From: Eukaryota sp. GEM-RC1
Lineage: Eukaryota
Reading direction: 5' to 3'
DNA length: 64,000 nucleotides
NCBI GenBank assembly: GCA_040285855.1
Contig: JAUFOQ010000016.1
Span: forward strand, 2,232,001-2,296,000
This document shows, in pieces, positions 49,451 through 61,580 of this stretch. The number at the start of each line of letters is the position of its first letter. The first letter of the stretch is position 1. The position numbers and the translations under genes are program-made. The notes beneath the pieces were generated by a model. The model saw only the letters and a list, made by a program, of their open reading frames with translations, searched no databases and had not been told where the DNA came from.

Positions 49451-50068
49451 TCGAATTATATGTTGATAAACTCACTTTATATATTCATATGTTGCACTGT
49501 TCTTCGGATGACATCATCATATTGAACAGTTGAGATTTGATATTACTATTAGTACGATCAATACTGAAGAGGCTTTTACATGTGGATTTCTTTTGGTCTT
49601 TAGATTTTTCCACCTCTTTGTATTCATACATGTCCTCACCAATCTGACAATCACAGATTAAAAACAAGTTTATCGATGAATGTCACAGACAATTATAAAA
49701 GCTATAAAACACCAGACACAGAAAATTCCTGGTCAACAGTACATGTACCACTGTTCTTATACAACTTTGTGATACTTGACTTAAAAAACTTAATTTAAAA
49801 GACTTAGACATCGAACGGAACAAAGAAAACATTAAACAGATTTAAATTTTATCTCAATTTTTAAAGAGCAATGACTGGATCCTGTTTATTTGCATTTTGT
49901 TACTGTTTTAATAACTTGACTTGTAAACACCGTTGCCTAGAGCCGTCTGGCAGCTCTAATTGTCTTAAAATAACAGTCTTCCTCAGTTTAGTGCAACCGT
50001 TTGGTCCGCTAAATAGAGGGATTATTTCGTACAGTGTAATCAAATAACGATGGATTTATGATTAAAAT

Positions 50069-50160
50069 CATAGCTGTCAAATACAAGCAACGCCTGTTCT
50101 AAAAATACAATAATACTAAAATACACACGAAAATACAAAAATACAAGTAATAAAAAGCGA
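50069..50160. mobile_element. Second left end of the CATAGCTG MITE family
   Basis: CATAGCTGTCAAATACAA...AAAATACACACGAAAATACAAAAATACAAGTAATAAAA, as at 287-381. Confidence 0.8.
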
Positions 50161-50599
50161 TTTACTAATACGCAGTACAACTCCAACACATGAAGTTGAA
50201 TTTATGTCGATAAGCAAACATATGAAATACGGGATCATTAGTAATGCTGATACTACTTTAGGAAATGATTCTTCCTCTTCTTGTAACACTACATTTCCAT
50301 CTACAGTAGTACATTGTACACTAGTCACAACAACACTTAGGCCCACTTGAGTTATTTTGCATTTGACGATATTAGCCTCCAAAAGGTCCAAAATGAAGTA
50401 AATCATAAATCCAGTGAACAGAATTTTCCACTGAGATTATTGATTGTGACCAGTGCAGTAATCAAGGATACTTGGTCTAACTTGTTATTCCTGGTCGGAG
50501 AACAAGTAGATGAGGGGCATATTTTAGGTGAATGGTGTTCTATAATGGTGTTCGTAATTTGTTGATAATCTCAACGATATTCACAACAACTGAAGCACA

Positions 50600-51165
50600 A
50601 GTGTAAACTACTCCTCAAAAACGCCTAAACTGAAGTCTACTCGACTCCACTTATGAAATATGTCACTTCAGAAAACAGTAATTTATTTTATGTGTTTTTG
50701 AAGGAATTTAAAGATGCCGTTCAATCTCCAGATGAAAGTCTTTATAACACAAAAATCTCCACTTTTGTAGAGAAGTACAGGAAACTTCCAGAATTTGCCA
50801 AAACAATTGTTTATCTTAATCGACGTATCCTTCCCAAAGAGAAGGAATTTCACAAGCTCTTGAATTCTTGAATGCTAGGACTCAGGCTCATAGCAAATTC
50901 ATTCAAAGAAGGCTTAAAGAAGCCATTCCCTTGATTATTGAGACATCAAGATCTCCCGTTTCTTTAGGATCTGTACCACCAAACCCAAATCAAGAAGAAG
51001 ATCCTGTTCCAACCAGCCGAAGAAGAGAGATTATCAGACGATGTGGTAATTGCCGACAACCAGGACATTACTAGAGTAAGTGTCTTCAACCATGTGGAAA
51101 ATGTGGTGACAGAGCTCATCAGAGGGATAGATGTCCATCCAGAGAAGCGGATAGAGCTCTTTGAA
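50600..51165 (+). pseudogene. Degenerate MULE-like transposase remnant with two CCHC zinc knuckles
   Basis: FKDAVQSPDESLY...YLNRRILPKEKEF resembles the post-DDE region of MULE transposases. Followed by RRCGNCRQPGHY*SKC and CGKCGDRAHQRDRC. Confidence 0.5.
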
Positions 51166-51314
51166 AAGCGGCATTGTTTGGAAAGGAAGATGTATCTGAT
51201 AGTATTAGTTTTAAGTACATGTAGTTTTCACAGACGTCATTGGACATAAAGAAAAGTACAGGAATAGCATGAAATTGGATACTGCTTGTTCTTTTTTCCA
51301 TTCTGCATTCTCTA

Positions 51315-52961
51315 ATGTCATCAAAATCCTTGTTTGTTGGAGATTTGAGTCTCAGAACCAACGAGGAGCACCTGAAAACGGTCTTCGGCGAGATTGGTAC
51401 TGTAGCTTCGGTCAAGATTCCTAAAAACAGGATCACTGGCGACAGTCTCGGGTATGCTTATATCAATTTTGAGGACGCGGAAGACGCTGCCAAAGCTAAG
51501 GATAACTGCAACTACGTCAAGATTAATGAGAAACCATGCCGCGTCATGTTCGCTGAATCCAACCCCACTCGCCGTATTAACAATCTAGGTAATTTATTCG
51601 TTAAGGGGCTCCACGCCAACATTGATCCCAGGAGATTGGAAGATCTTTTTTCCCCCTTTGGAAATATTATCTCGTGTAAATTGAAGACTAACGACCAGGG
51701 TAAAAGTCTTGGGTATGCTTATATCCAATATGATACCTCACAAAGTGCCCTAAAGGCCATGGAGGAAATGAACGGTAAAGAACTTGGCTCCCGCGAAGAA
51801 CCCTCTGAGACGCTTAAGGTCTCCGTACAACAGTTCCAAAAGGCGGAACAACGTTGCAAGATGATTGATGGTATCCGCGCACAAACTAATGTGTTTGTCA
51901 AAAACCTCCCCATTGAAGTCACAGAAGAAAAGTTCTTGGAAATCATGTCCTCATTTGGTGAGGTCAAGTCCCACCGCCTCACAGTAGTTGAATCCAAAAA
52001 CAAAAAGGTCGGTTTCGCTGACTTTACCACCATTGAACAAGCAATTAAGGCTGTCAAAGACCTTAATCAGACCCTTGTATTTGGAGGAGATCCAATTGAA
52101 ACCAATTTCTTCCAACCTAAACAGGTTAGAACTGCTCTTCTTAAAAAGGAGTACATCCGCAGATGTACTGAACTGAAGGAGGCGTCCAAACACAAAAATC
52201 TTTGGGTCGGCTCTCTTCCACCCAATTTCACAAGCGAATCTCTTAAAGAAGCCTTCTCTCCCTTTGGAACCATTACCTCCGCTGTTGTGATGAAAGCCGT
52301 CACTGGTGTAAGCAGACAATTTGGTTTTGTTTGTTATGAAAAACCTGAAGAGGCCAAAGCCGCTCTTGGTGATATGAACAGAAGACTGTTGCCTGATTCC
52401 ACACAGCAGCTTAGAGTATGCATGTTTAGAACCAAACATGAACGTGAACAATATCAACTTCAAAAGAACTTATATGAAAATCGAACGCAATACCAACACA
52501 ATAATATGCGCCGAGGGTATAACAACAGTCACCGCCCCAAAAATACCTATCTACCTGGTAATCTGCCAGCTGGTCAAAGTATTTATGCAGCTGGTGCTCG
52601 AAATGTACCAGACAATTCCGCAAAAGTTACCGTTCCTTCATTTGACACAGTTCCTGCAGCTGTATCAGTTCCTGCTGCAGTCCCTGTTGTTGATCACACT
52701 GAACCTGAAGATGAAAAGGAAGCTTTTATTAAGATGCTTAACAATTTGGAAGATGAGGAAGAGAAACGACAAGAACTCGGTGAACGTCTTTATCCTCTTA
52801 TCGAACCTCACGCTCCTGATCTCGCTGCCAAGATTACCGGTTTGTTTTTGGCCATGGATGACTTAGAAGAAATCATTACCATTTATCGTGATGAAGCTGC
52901 TCTACATGAAAATATCAAGGAAGCGCAAATGGCTTTGAATGAACCTGTTGAGGAACATTAG
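51315..52961 (+). CDS. PABP: Cytoplasmic poly(A)-binding protein (4 RRMs plus MLLE/PABC)
   Basis: SLFVGDL, SLGYAYINF, NLFVKGL, SRQFGFVCY and C-terminal LGERLYPLI...AAKITGLFL. Confidence 0.95.
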   Translation: MSSKSLFVGDLSLRTNEEHLKTVFGEIGTVASVKIPKNRITGDSLGYAYINFEDAEDAAKAKDNCNYVKINEKPCRVMFAESNPTRRINNLGNLFVKGLHANIDPRRLEDLFSPFGNIISCKLKTNDQGKSLGYAYIQYDTSQSALKAMEEMNGKELGSREEPSETLKVSVQQFQKAEQRCKMIDGIRAQTNVFVKNLPIEVTEEKFLEIMSSFGEVKSHRLTVVESKNKKVGFADFTTIEQAIKAVKDLNQTLVFGGDPIETNFFQPKQVRTALLKKEYIRRCTELKEASKHKNLWVGSLPPNFTSESLKEAFSPFGTITSAVVMKAVTGVSRQFGFVCYEKPEEAKAALGDMNRRLLPDSTQQLRVCMFRTKHEREQYQLQKNLYENRTQYQHNNMRRGYNNSHRPKNTYLPGNLPAGQSIYAAGARNVPDNSAKVTVPSFDTVPAAVSVPAAVPVVDHTEPEDEKEAFIKMLNNLEDEEEKRQELGERLYPLIEPHAPDLAAKITGLFLAMDDLEEIITIYRDEAALHENIKEAQMALNEPVEEH

Positions 52962-53019
52962 ATTTAGTCTTTTCATTAAACTTAATTTAGTATGACAGCG
53001 TTTTTATTTTTGTATTATC

Positions 53020-53566
53020 TCGATTTTGAACATCATACTACATCTAGATATAAGTGAAACTCTCCAATTGGAAGTTTGACACCAATTAAACTACAGCTCA
53101 TATAACAAGACTAAAGTGCTTCTGGTTCATGAGCTATGAATTCCACTCGTTGTTCAGCAACAGGATGGTCCAATGAAAAGACGGGGAGGTGGTTTTCTAG
53201 AAGGAACGTATCAATGTCTTCAATGGATTGACATTCCTTAAGTACAGAAACTAGAGTTTGGAATTCTGTCGACCTAGAACCTAGATCAGCTATAGAAGAA
53301 GTGACTTGAGATAGTTGGGATTCCAATCTGGGAATGGCATTCATCAAGGCAGCCTTTCTTTGATGGATTTGAGACAGTTTAGAAGATACAGAATGCTCGT
53401 CTTGAAGATGAAGGGGTGTGTAAAGGTCAGTAAGTGTTCTGTTGATGGAGTTTAGTTTAGCTTCCGCAGCCATGGAAGAGAAAACCTCACCACTGAATGT
53501 GGGGCCAGTTGTAGGTGTTGGCTGTGGTTTGTGTGTAAAAGGGTTTGAGATGTCAGGAAACTCCAT
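53020..53566 (-). CDS. Coiled-coil protein, possibly the Vps23/TSG101 C-terminal half (no UEV domain); 3' end disrupted
   Basis: Coiled coil followed by IDTF...VF...PVAEQ..EFIA. LLYEL lies in another frame just past the stop at 53111. Confidence 0.3.
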
Positions 53567-53750
53567 TAGTGAGGGACTTCATTAATCTTATTTCAATTAC
53601 TGCAATATTTTCTGTAATGTCATGTCTGCAAAAGAATGGACTTACGATTTTGGAAAATACAGCCACTCCCTGAAAAAAAAACAGAAAATACAATAATACA
53701 GAAAAATTATTTTTCTGTATGATACCTGTATTATACCTGTATTAAGATTG

Positions 53751-54236
53751 GGAAACGTCGAAACGTTTCGTGCAACACTACGTTTCCGTTTCCGTTTCCG
53801 AAACGTTATTGGCTCCAAGGAAACGCATCCGAAACGTCACTAAAAGTTTCCAAAACTCGGTAATTTCTTGAAAAGTATGTTCCATTATTGTACATTATTG
53901 GTAATTATATGGATGTTATCAATAAAATTGGATACAGAGTAGCAAACCGCTAAAACGAAAACACTTGCTGGCATAACTGTAGTTTGTGATCCAATTCTCT
54001 CTCTAAATTTCATAACATTGGGAAGTACAATCCATAACAACATGTATGACACCTGCACATATAACAAAGACCCGGTAAAATGTATTTTACCAGTCAACCG
54101 GACTTTTTCGAAGAGAGAATGTTGGTGAAGAAAAATGGAGATGTAGAACCATAAAATGACGTTTCGGAAACGGAAACGCGATTCCGAAACGTAAACGTGT
54201 TTCCACAAGAATTTTCACACGTTTCGTGCAACACTA
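53751..54236. mobile_element. hAT-type MITE with GAAACG/CGTTTC subterminal repeats; left terminus in flipped orientation
   Basis: CGTTTCGTGCAACACTA occurs in the same orientation ending at 53780 and at 54236. The subterminal arrays are mutually inverted. Same TIR as the 24289-26932 element. Confidence 0.65.
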
Positions 54237-54559
54237 GAAAAATATCATGACTTTTGTGAAAGTTGTCTTAGGTCGAGTTATTTTGTATTTTTCTGTATTA
54301 AGTGTGAGAAATTTTTTTAAGGTAACAACTACTAGTAGAATGACTAAAATATTAACCAAACTAAACATAACAAAACATCAAAATACCTGAAGAAATATCA
54401 GAAAGCCATTTTAGTTTGCCGTCTTTTCTGAGCAGCTGCCTTTCCAAAACACTTTTTCAATCATTCCAAAGATGGAGATTCCCCAAAATCATCAAGAGAA
54501 TTGGGTTTTTCATGTATAAAGGTGAAACTCCAGTCAAATTGATGAATTATATCCTACGT

Positions 54560-55865
54560 TTTTTGAGATCTATACCTCCTGATATTTCAAGGGAAGTAGC
54601 TCCAAAATTCAATGAAATTAGAACTAAATTTTTGGGCAATCTTGTTGAAACTGATTCAACCAAACTTCCTTATCATGCATTCTTTTCTGCTTCTTTTGGT
54701 GGTGTTGGATTTTCTAGTGCGGAGTATTTGTGTCAAAGTGCATATCTTGGTGGTTTGAAAAATTTTCTTTTCGAATTCCGTTTGAGATTTAGTGATGTGT
54801 TTTCACAAATAATCGCACAGAATTCTGTGTGGTTACGTCCTCTTGATTCTGTCATTCAAAACCTATCTGCTGACATTTGAAACAAGTGTTTTCCTAAGTC
54901 AATCTCTTCTATTCCTGATAGGTCAATCGAGTTTCTACATTTATCTGTGGTAAAATTGCAAAATTGTGTTTTACATGGCTTAGAAGACTTGGATTTTTCT
55001 AAACGTCTTAGTGTTACTAAGGTAAATAATCCCGTCTTTGCTGCTTTTCTTTTGGATTTAAAAAACTGTTCATCGTTTATTACTCAACAGCCTAGACCTT
55101 ATGGTCTTCATCTCAATAATGAGGCTTGGAAACTTAACATGCGTCTTCGCTTAGGTCTGTTTCCATCAGAATTGTTGGATAATACTATGTGTTGCTGTGA
55201 AAAAGACCAAAAGCTAACTTCAGACACATTGTTAGTTGCAAAAAATTTCTTCAGTTAAGATCGATTTTACACAATGCTGTTCGTGACGTTACGTATGAAA
55301 TGTTTAAATGTCATGGGTTTAATGGGAAAATCGAACCTCTTCTTAAGCACTATAATGATGATAGTATTACCAATTCTCGACGAGGTGATCTCATTGTTCC
55401 ATATCTTGATTCTTGTCAAGCTGTGATAGATTTTACTACTGTTGATCCATGTGCTAAAGTATATTTGAATTCAGTTTCGAGTGATACTGAAAATCATTTG
55501 TCCAAAGCTGAAAAAAGAAAAATTAGTACATATTCTGACACAATGATCAAACTGAATTCCAATTTGTATTCTTCTTTTAAGTTCATTCCTTTTGCTATTT
55601 CAATTCTTGGTAATATTGGATTTGCTGCTGAAAAATTCTTTGATGCCTTTTCAAAGTTGTGCTGTGACCATAGGAAAAATTTTAATCAGTCTCTTTGGCG
55701 CAATCGCATTGTTTTTTCCTTATATAGAAGTTTCCCAAAGTATTTGAATCGTATTCTGGACAAATTGTATCGTGGTAGTTCAAGAGTAGATGTGGATCAT
55801 TGAATATCTTTTAAGTACTAGTTGTTTGTATTTCGTTAATTTATAACATAAAATTACTATTTTTT
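54560..55865 (+). mobile_element. Longest CRE-clade non-LTR retrotransposon copy (5'-truncated: RT thumb, CCHC finger, restriction-like endonuclease)
   Basis: LRSIPP...GGVGF...AYLGGL, MRLRLGL, C-C...HIVSCK...HNAVRD (across a frameshift), RRGDLIVP...IDFTTVDP...AEKRK...PFAISILGNIG. 13-bp TSD TTATATCCTACGT at 54547-54559 and 55866-55878. Confidence 0.9.
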
Positions 55866-57089
55866 TTATATCCTACGTAATTGAAAACATTGTATCTTAA
55901 AATCCAACTTACTGAATTAGGAACACACACAGGGAATGTACAAATTTAATTTATGCCATTTTGTAATTTCAATTTATGTTCGACCTGGTAAAGATGATCT
56001 TTGTTTTCTCTCTGATTTTAAGAAAGTTGTCAAAAAAATGAATGAGCAAGAAATTTGATTTTAAATATTGGGATGGTATTGTCTTTACAATTTTTACAAA
56101 GCTCTATTAGCACTCAGTGTTTTTTATGAAGAAAAAGGCTGATGTGTGTTTTAATAGCAATGAATGTTGGATTAATGATATAAGTTCTAGGTTTTGTATT
56201 TATCTTACTGTTTTTGTTCCATAAACAACTTGTTACTAAAAACACAGGAAAATTCAAAAATATATTGCAATACTGTGTGTTGGAATATTGCGATATGGTT
56301 TCATATCACGATATATTCGGCATGAACAATACTCTTTGTTCGTGTACTTTTTCTATCTCTTGCAGGAATTCAAAAAAAGGTGTATGTGAGCATAAACACT
56401 TTGAAAACGCTCAACGTCTTGTTGTGCGGGCGGCGTTAAAAGTTCTTAACAGACTGTTTTATGTCTCAAACAATCAATAAGTGTAATCATTCGTCCTTTC
56501 TTTCCACGTGTTAGGTCTATTGTTCAATCGACGGTTTACTAAAATAATCGATGTTCCTATTTGATCTTCATCACAACAAATCCAAATGTTGTAGAACGTC
56601 TTATAGTATAGCATCAATGCTACAAGGATTATCATGGTGTCATATTATTTCCAAGGCTTGCCACTTAGAGGTTTGGGCCCTTAGTGTGGCTCGTATGATG
56701 GTTTATCGGAAACTAGTCAACGTTGACGATCCATAATGATGTGAGTTGTAGATGGAATTAATCCAATTAATAATGTACTCGGCAATACTTACGGGTATAT
56801 TGCTTCCAATTATTGCAATACTGGATTGCAAATTAAGTTGGACCTGCTATATATTGCACCATATATTCGATAGTACCTGAACACACGCCATTAATTTTGC
56901 TCTTTTGATATTTGATGATGAATTGTGGTTGTGGTCTCGGTATGTTGAAGTCGATAAAGAATGTAGTATTATAGAACGCAATGTACTATTTTGAATTTTG
57001 ATTTGCCTATTATAGACAATTACATTGACCAGATACACATGGTTTACTGATTTTATTTGCAATTGTGTTCCAAGTAAACGCATTTTATT

Positions 57090-57530
57090 TACTCCTACAA
57101 ATAAAAACTATCATCAATATTAACAAACGAGATACCAATACATTTACATCATCTCAAATTCATGTCTCAATGCTGAGAGACGGTTCAGAATCGAATCAAA
57201 ATACCTAAACAGTGCTTTGAAAAGGGAAAACGACAACATTCCTCTCCAGTAACTTTCATTAAAATTCTTTCCATACTGCTTACCCAATTTGCCAAAATCT
57301 GGAAACATTGTTGGCCGAAGCAACCAAACGTTCCAGAAAGAGAAATAGCAAAAGGATGGAAAACATAAGGATTGTGTCGACGACAACTCATCTTGGAAAT
57401 TCTCGTCAAGTACATTAATTCACAATAACGATCTAATTTTTTCCTTTCAGCAGTTTCAAGAGCTGAATAGTTTTTGTCTAAAATATTGTTAACAGAAGTT
57501 GAGTTACAAGGATGAACCGTTGAAAGGTTG
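57090..57530 (-). mobile_element. Degenerate CRE-like 3' fragment, third subfamily
   Basis: VHPCNS...LETAERKK...YVFHPFAISLSG...NFNESYWRG..SFSLFK. Shorter related pieces at ~60860-60890 and ~61230-61290. Confidence 0.7.
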
Positions 57531-57880
57531 TTACAACTAATGGTTGAATAAAGTTAATGATTGCACTATTCCGTTCCATGTTCAGATATTCTAATTGGAT
57601 TTTAGGTACGATGCTTGGTATAGGAGAAGGGATATTTCAGATGTTTAAGTTAATGTCGTTTTGTTGCGATCTTTATTGCACTGCATTTATTTCATTGTAT
57701 TTATCACAAACCAACTGTTCAATTGCCACTTGCGTTATCTACACACAAAAGATGGCTTATATCATCAAAGATTGTAGTTTTTTCTACAAATGTAGCACCT
57801 GCTTAGTTGCAAAGAATTAAACAGTGTATTCCAGTTGAAAAAGATAAAACTATTTTCCAATCATGAGCTTCTGTTCAGTG

Positions 57881-58458
57881 CAGGGTTGCACAAGATACGT
57901 CACCGTGACGAAATCGTCGTGTCGCGTCACACTGACGGTGAGGCATGTTTTTTTGGCGAACAAATCTTAGTTTCGTCGGAAGTATCTTTTTATCAACGAC
58001 GCTTCAGATATAACTCTACCAAGCTTTAAACTTACAGTGGTGTAAAAAAACTGATCAAATGGTTAAACTGAAAGTTATACCGTCGACTTCCTTAATAATT
58101 CGAAGCGTTCTTTATTCTTTCATTATCAACTTTGGTGAAGTTGTTTGATTACTGAAAGAGTTGATGATTTGCTATTACTACATCACAATTTACGCCTATT
58201 GAGAAAGGCACGCATTTACAGTTTCCTTGAAGATCTAGAGCACTAATATCGTGTATCATGATGCTGATCAGAACCTTCTCTTTAATATAAGTTGTAATTT
58301 TGCGTTGTTAAGTACTATTTATTATAATCTTCAGTAATCAAATAATAACAAAAGGTCCAAAACAAATACGATAGTTAACTTGTAAACAAAAGATGACAAA
58401 AGGTCTAAGCACAAGATACGTCACCTGCTCCGTGACGGTGACGTTGGGTGCAACCCTA
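57881..58458. mobile_element. hAT-type MITE, 578 bp
   Basis: TIRs CAGGGTTGCAC and GTGCAACCCTA. 8-bp TSD GTTCAGTG (57873-57880) / GTTCAGTT (58459-58466). GTGACG/CGTCAC subterminal repeats. Confidence 0.85.
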
Positions 58459-58908
58459 GTTCAGTTGCTATTGTGGTCATACCTTCAGGAAGTTCAAGTT
58501 GTTATGAGTTTATGACAGTGTTCGAAATGTGTCGGACACGTTCGGACACGTGTGCGGTTCGGAAACGTGTTTCACACGTTCGTTTTGTTTTTGGACACGT
58601 GTGCACCTTTTGTTCTCAAAAAGTAGAGGTACTTTATTTTGTCACTAGGCACTACATATAAGATAAGGATTCTATATCACATCGTCCTCTGAGTCTTCAA
58701 CGTCAGCTACATGTCATCTTCATTAGAATTTGTTGAGAGTCAGTCATCTTGAAATGAGGGGAGAGTGAGAAATCTTTGAAACTAGAACCATGACAGAAGG
58801 ATGGAATTGTTGAATTCACACCGTTCGGACACGTGTTTATGATCAGAGTTTTCAATTTTGAATATTCATCTAGAAAAATGTGAGTCATGGTGACTCAAAA
58901 TCGTCCAC

Positions 58909-59994
58909 CTATTGTATAGAATCCAATTGGCGAATAGAAACGGTGTCCCAATTGTGTCTAGGTTCTTCATGACGTCTTCCCATCCATTGCATTGCTGACT
59001 CTTTTTCTTTTTGCAACTCCATGACAGTTTCTTCGATTCGTTGCCTGGCGAAATCGGAAACAGGGAAGTCCTCTACAATTTGAATCTCTGACCTTCCATT
59101 GGAAACAGCTGGTAATGAAGAGAACAAATCTGCTGGTATTCCATACACGTGTCCATCAGTTCTTACCGCGACCGTAAAGCTTTCATTCATTGATCCAAGC
59201 ATGATATATCTCAAAGTGACCAATGTTCCATACACTGGAGTTGTCAAAGTGGATCCTGCATGTGGATTAGCTTTCTGGATATCCTTGTATCTGAATCTTG
59301 TATAGTTTACCATATCCTCTTCCATACTCTTACTGTTAGCACAAGTAGTTACTAGACTTCCACTCAATGTTTCACTGTGACATCCATATATTGCAATCCT
59401 GAAGTTTACGTCCTTTTCATCTCCACTTTCCATCATTTCTTTCATTTTGGCTTCTGCTCTCAGATGATCGGTATAAGTCATTCCGAACCAGTTTGTTATG
59501 GGAATTGAAGGTGCATGGCTGCTCACTATCAGAGACAAAGTGTTGACAGGATTACCAACAATCAAGATTTTGCAATTAGTATTTGCATGTTTTTCCAATT
59601 CTTGACCAAATTGGGCATATATCGGAGCATTGCTTGAAATTAGATCAAATCTTGTTTGGCCAGGTTTAACATTTCCTTTAGAAGCGGTAAGGATAACAAT
59701 ATCCCTATTCATAAAGGCTTCTCCCAATGTTTTTGTATTAGAAAGAGCAGAAACTGTTGGGAAAGCACAGTCGTTCACTTCTAGAATAAATGATTGTAAC
59801 ATTGTCTGTTGCTCCTCTTTATCAACATCATACAACATGAGGTCGATTTGCTGTTGAGAACCAAAAAGTAGACCATTTACTATTGCCCATGATAGTTGAT
59901 GACCAATTCTACCTGCTGCTCCACAGATAGTGATCCGAATAGGTCTGCGGAACAGGAAGTTCGTTCGACATGGCGAGAAGTTGACACAGTTCAT
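58909..59994 (-). CDS. Cytosolic-type MDH/LDH family 2-hydroxyacid dehydrogenase, divergent
   Basis: RITICGAAGRIG (Rossmann fold), NDCAFP, KILIVGNPVNT, DHLRA and IYGCHSET (catalytic Asp, Arg and His present). The specificity loop reads ASKGNVKPGQTRFDL. Confidence 0.9.
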   Translation of the reverse strand: MNCVNFSPCRTNFLFRRPIRITICGAAGRIGHQLSWAIVNGLLFGSQQQIDLMLYDVDKEEQQTMLQSFILEVNDCAFPTVSALSNTKTLGEAFMNRDIVILTASKGNVKPGQTRFDLISSNAPIYAQFGQELEKHANTNCKILIVGNPVNTLSLIVSSHAPSIPITNWFGMTYTDHLRAEAKMKEMMESGDEKDVNFRIAIYGCHSETLSGSLVTTCANSKSMEEDMVNYTRFRYKDIQKANPHAGSTLTTPVYGTLVTLRYIMLGSMNESFTVAVRTDGHVYGIPADLFSSLPAVSNGRSEIQIVEDFPVSDFARQRIEETVMELQKEKESAMQWMGRRHEEPRHNWDTVSIRQLDSIQ

Positions 59995-61580
59995 TAAAGA
60001 AAATGGACCTGGACTCTACAGTTGGTACAATTGATGATCATTAGATTTCTTGTCTGTTGGTGTCCTAGGTTAATTATCTAAATATACTATAAAGGGAGAA
60101 GTACACACCTGCCCTTCTGACCTAGACGAAGTTTCAGTATTACCTAAACACACAATACTTTTATCACTTAACAAAATGAAATGAATTGCATAATCATCTG
60201 TAACAGCTCTTATGCATCTTGGCAAAAATGTGGTTGGAAAATGTGACCCCTAATGAGACCAGAGAAAGAACAAATTAATTGATTTTGTAGATCCTTCAAT
60301 TCTGAGATATTCACATAGACCCAAAATCAATCAATAACTGAAAACTGTTTCGCCACTATAATGTGTCTGAAGAAGAAAGGACACTGGAACTTCTTATTGT
60401 CTGTTTTTACATTGAAAAACATTCTCCCCCTGGTCATTACAATTAATAACATTTGATTCCAATGGTTTTTTCAGTATTGATCAGATTCAAACGCAGTTTT
60501 AGAACTCGGCTTAATTAATTTACTGGATTGGTAATGGAAGACACTACTTACTCTTCTAGTTTGGCGCAATCGATGAATTTGTGCAATGAATAAAAGTCTT
60601 TCAAAGTACTGTCTATGTGATTCGTGAATAGGACACATACAAATTGAGCGGTGCTTTAAGTGTAGATCTTTAACAGTTAAATAGCTGCTTAACGTATTTA
60701 CATGTACATGTAATTTGGTAGTTTATGATCGAACCAGAATTGTCATTGGAACGATTGATTTTCTCTCTCTAAAATTAATACTTCAGAAGAAACTACCATA
60801 AACACAATCAGCTGGAAAGAAATAAAACGCATTGAATTTCCATTTACGAATGAAGAATATCATCAATATTAACATTAGAGATACCAATTAGAGTTGTCCA
60901 ATGACTTGTGAGTAATGTCGCTGTTTTTTATAGAGGGTGGGCAACAGAATATCAGTAAAAAGTGCTCAGAAACTGTTACTTTTTAAGTCACTACATTGTA
61001 GTAAATACATTGTCTGAATCCATATTTATACTAATAAGTAAAAAAGTTTAACAATGAAGGGCACAAAAATATATAATAAAAGCTATGAAACACAAGACAC
61101 AGAAAATTCCTGTTCTAATAATTTGATGTTGAACTATGATGAGCATGCATTGCTATCAGCACTCACACCCAAGTCATTTCTCAAGTCAAGTCTAAGTCAA
61201 GTCTCTAAATCCTCTCACATCTACTAGTACGTCTCAATGGAGACGGTGTAACATCGAATCAATATATCTAAACACTGCTTAAAAAAAGAAAAACACACCG
61301 AAAGTGATGATTTTGAAGGGATACTTTGTAAATGAGATAAAAAAAATCATTAAAGATAAATCATTTGTTACATTTTAATTCTTCGTAATTACATAATAAT
61401 TAACACTAACTGGAGCAATTGAACATTAACAAAAAAACTTAAAAAATGGTAAACATTTATTAGTTTAACAGACTACAGGGCCAACATCAAAAGTAATCAC
61501 AAACAACCCAAAATTAAAATACAAGAACTGACAAAGAACAATAAATAAAGAACAAATACAATACAAACCAAGGAAATCAA

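Noticed and set aside
50069..54305. PABP captured inside a Pack-type transposon
   Set aside because: No matching CAGCTATG right end or TSD downstream. The flanking repeats belong to different families.
56245..56879. Possible MITE with CAGG...CCTG ends and ATATTGCAATA repeats
   Set aside because: The TIR match is only 4 bp and there is no TSD. Probably old TE debris, but boundaries cannot be supported.
58516..58875. Possible hAT MITE with GGACACG repeats
   Set aside because: A plausible left end (CAGTGTTCGAAA) but no convincing right TIR or TSD.
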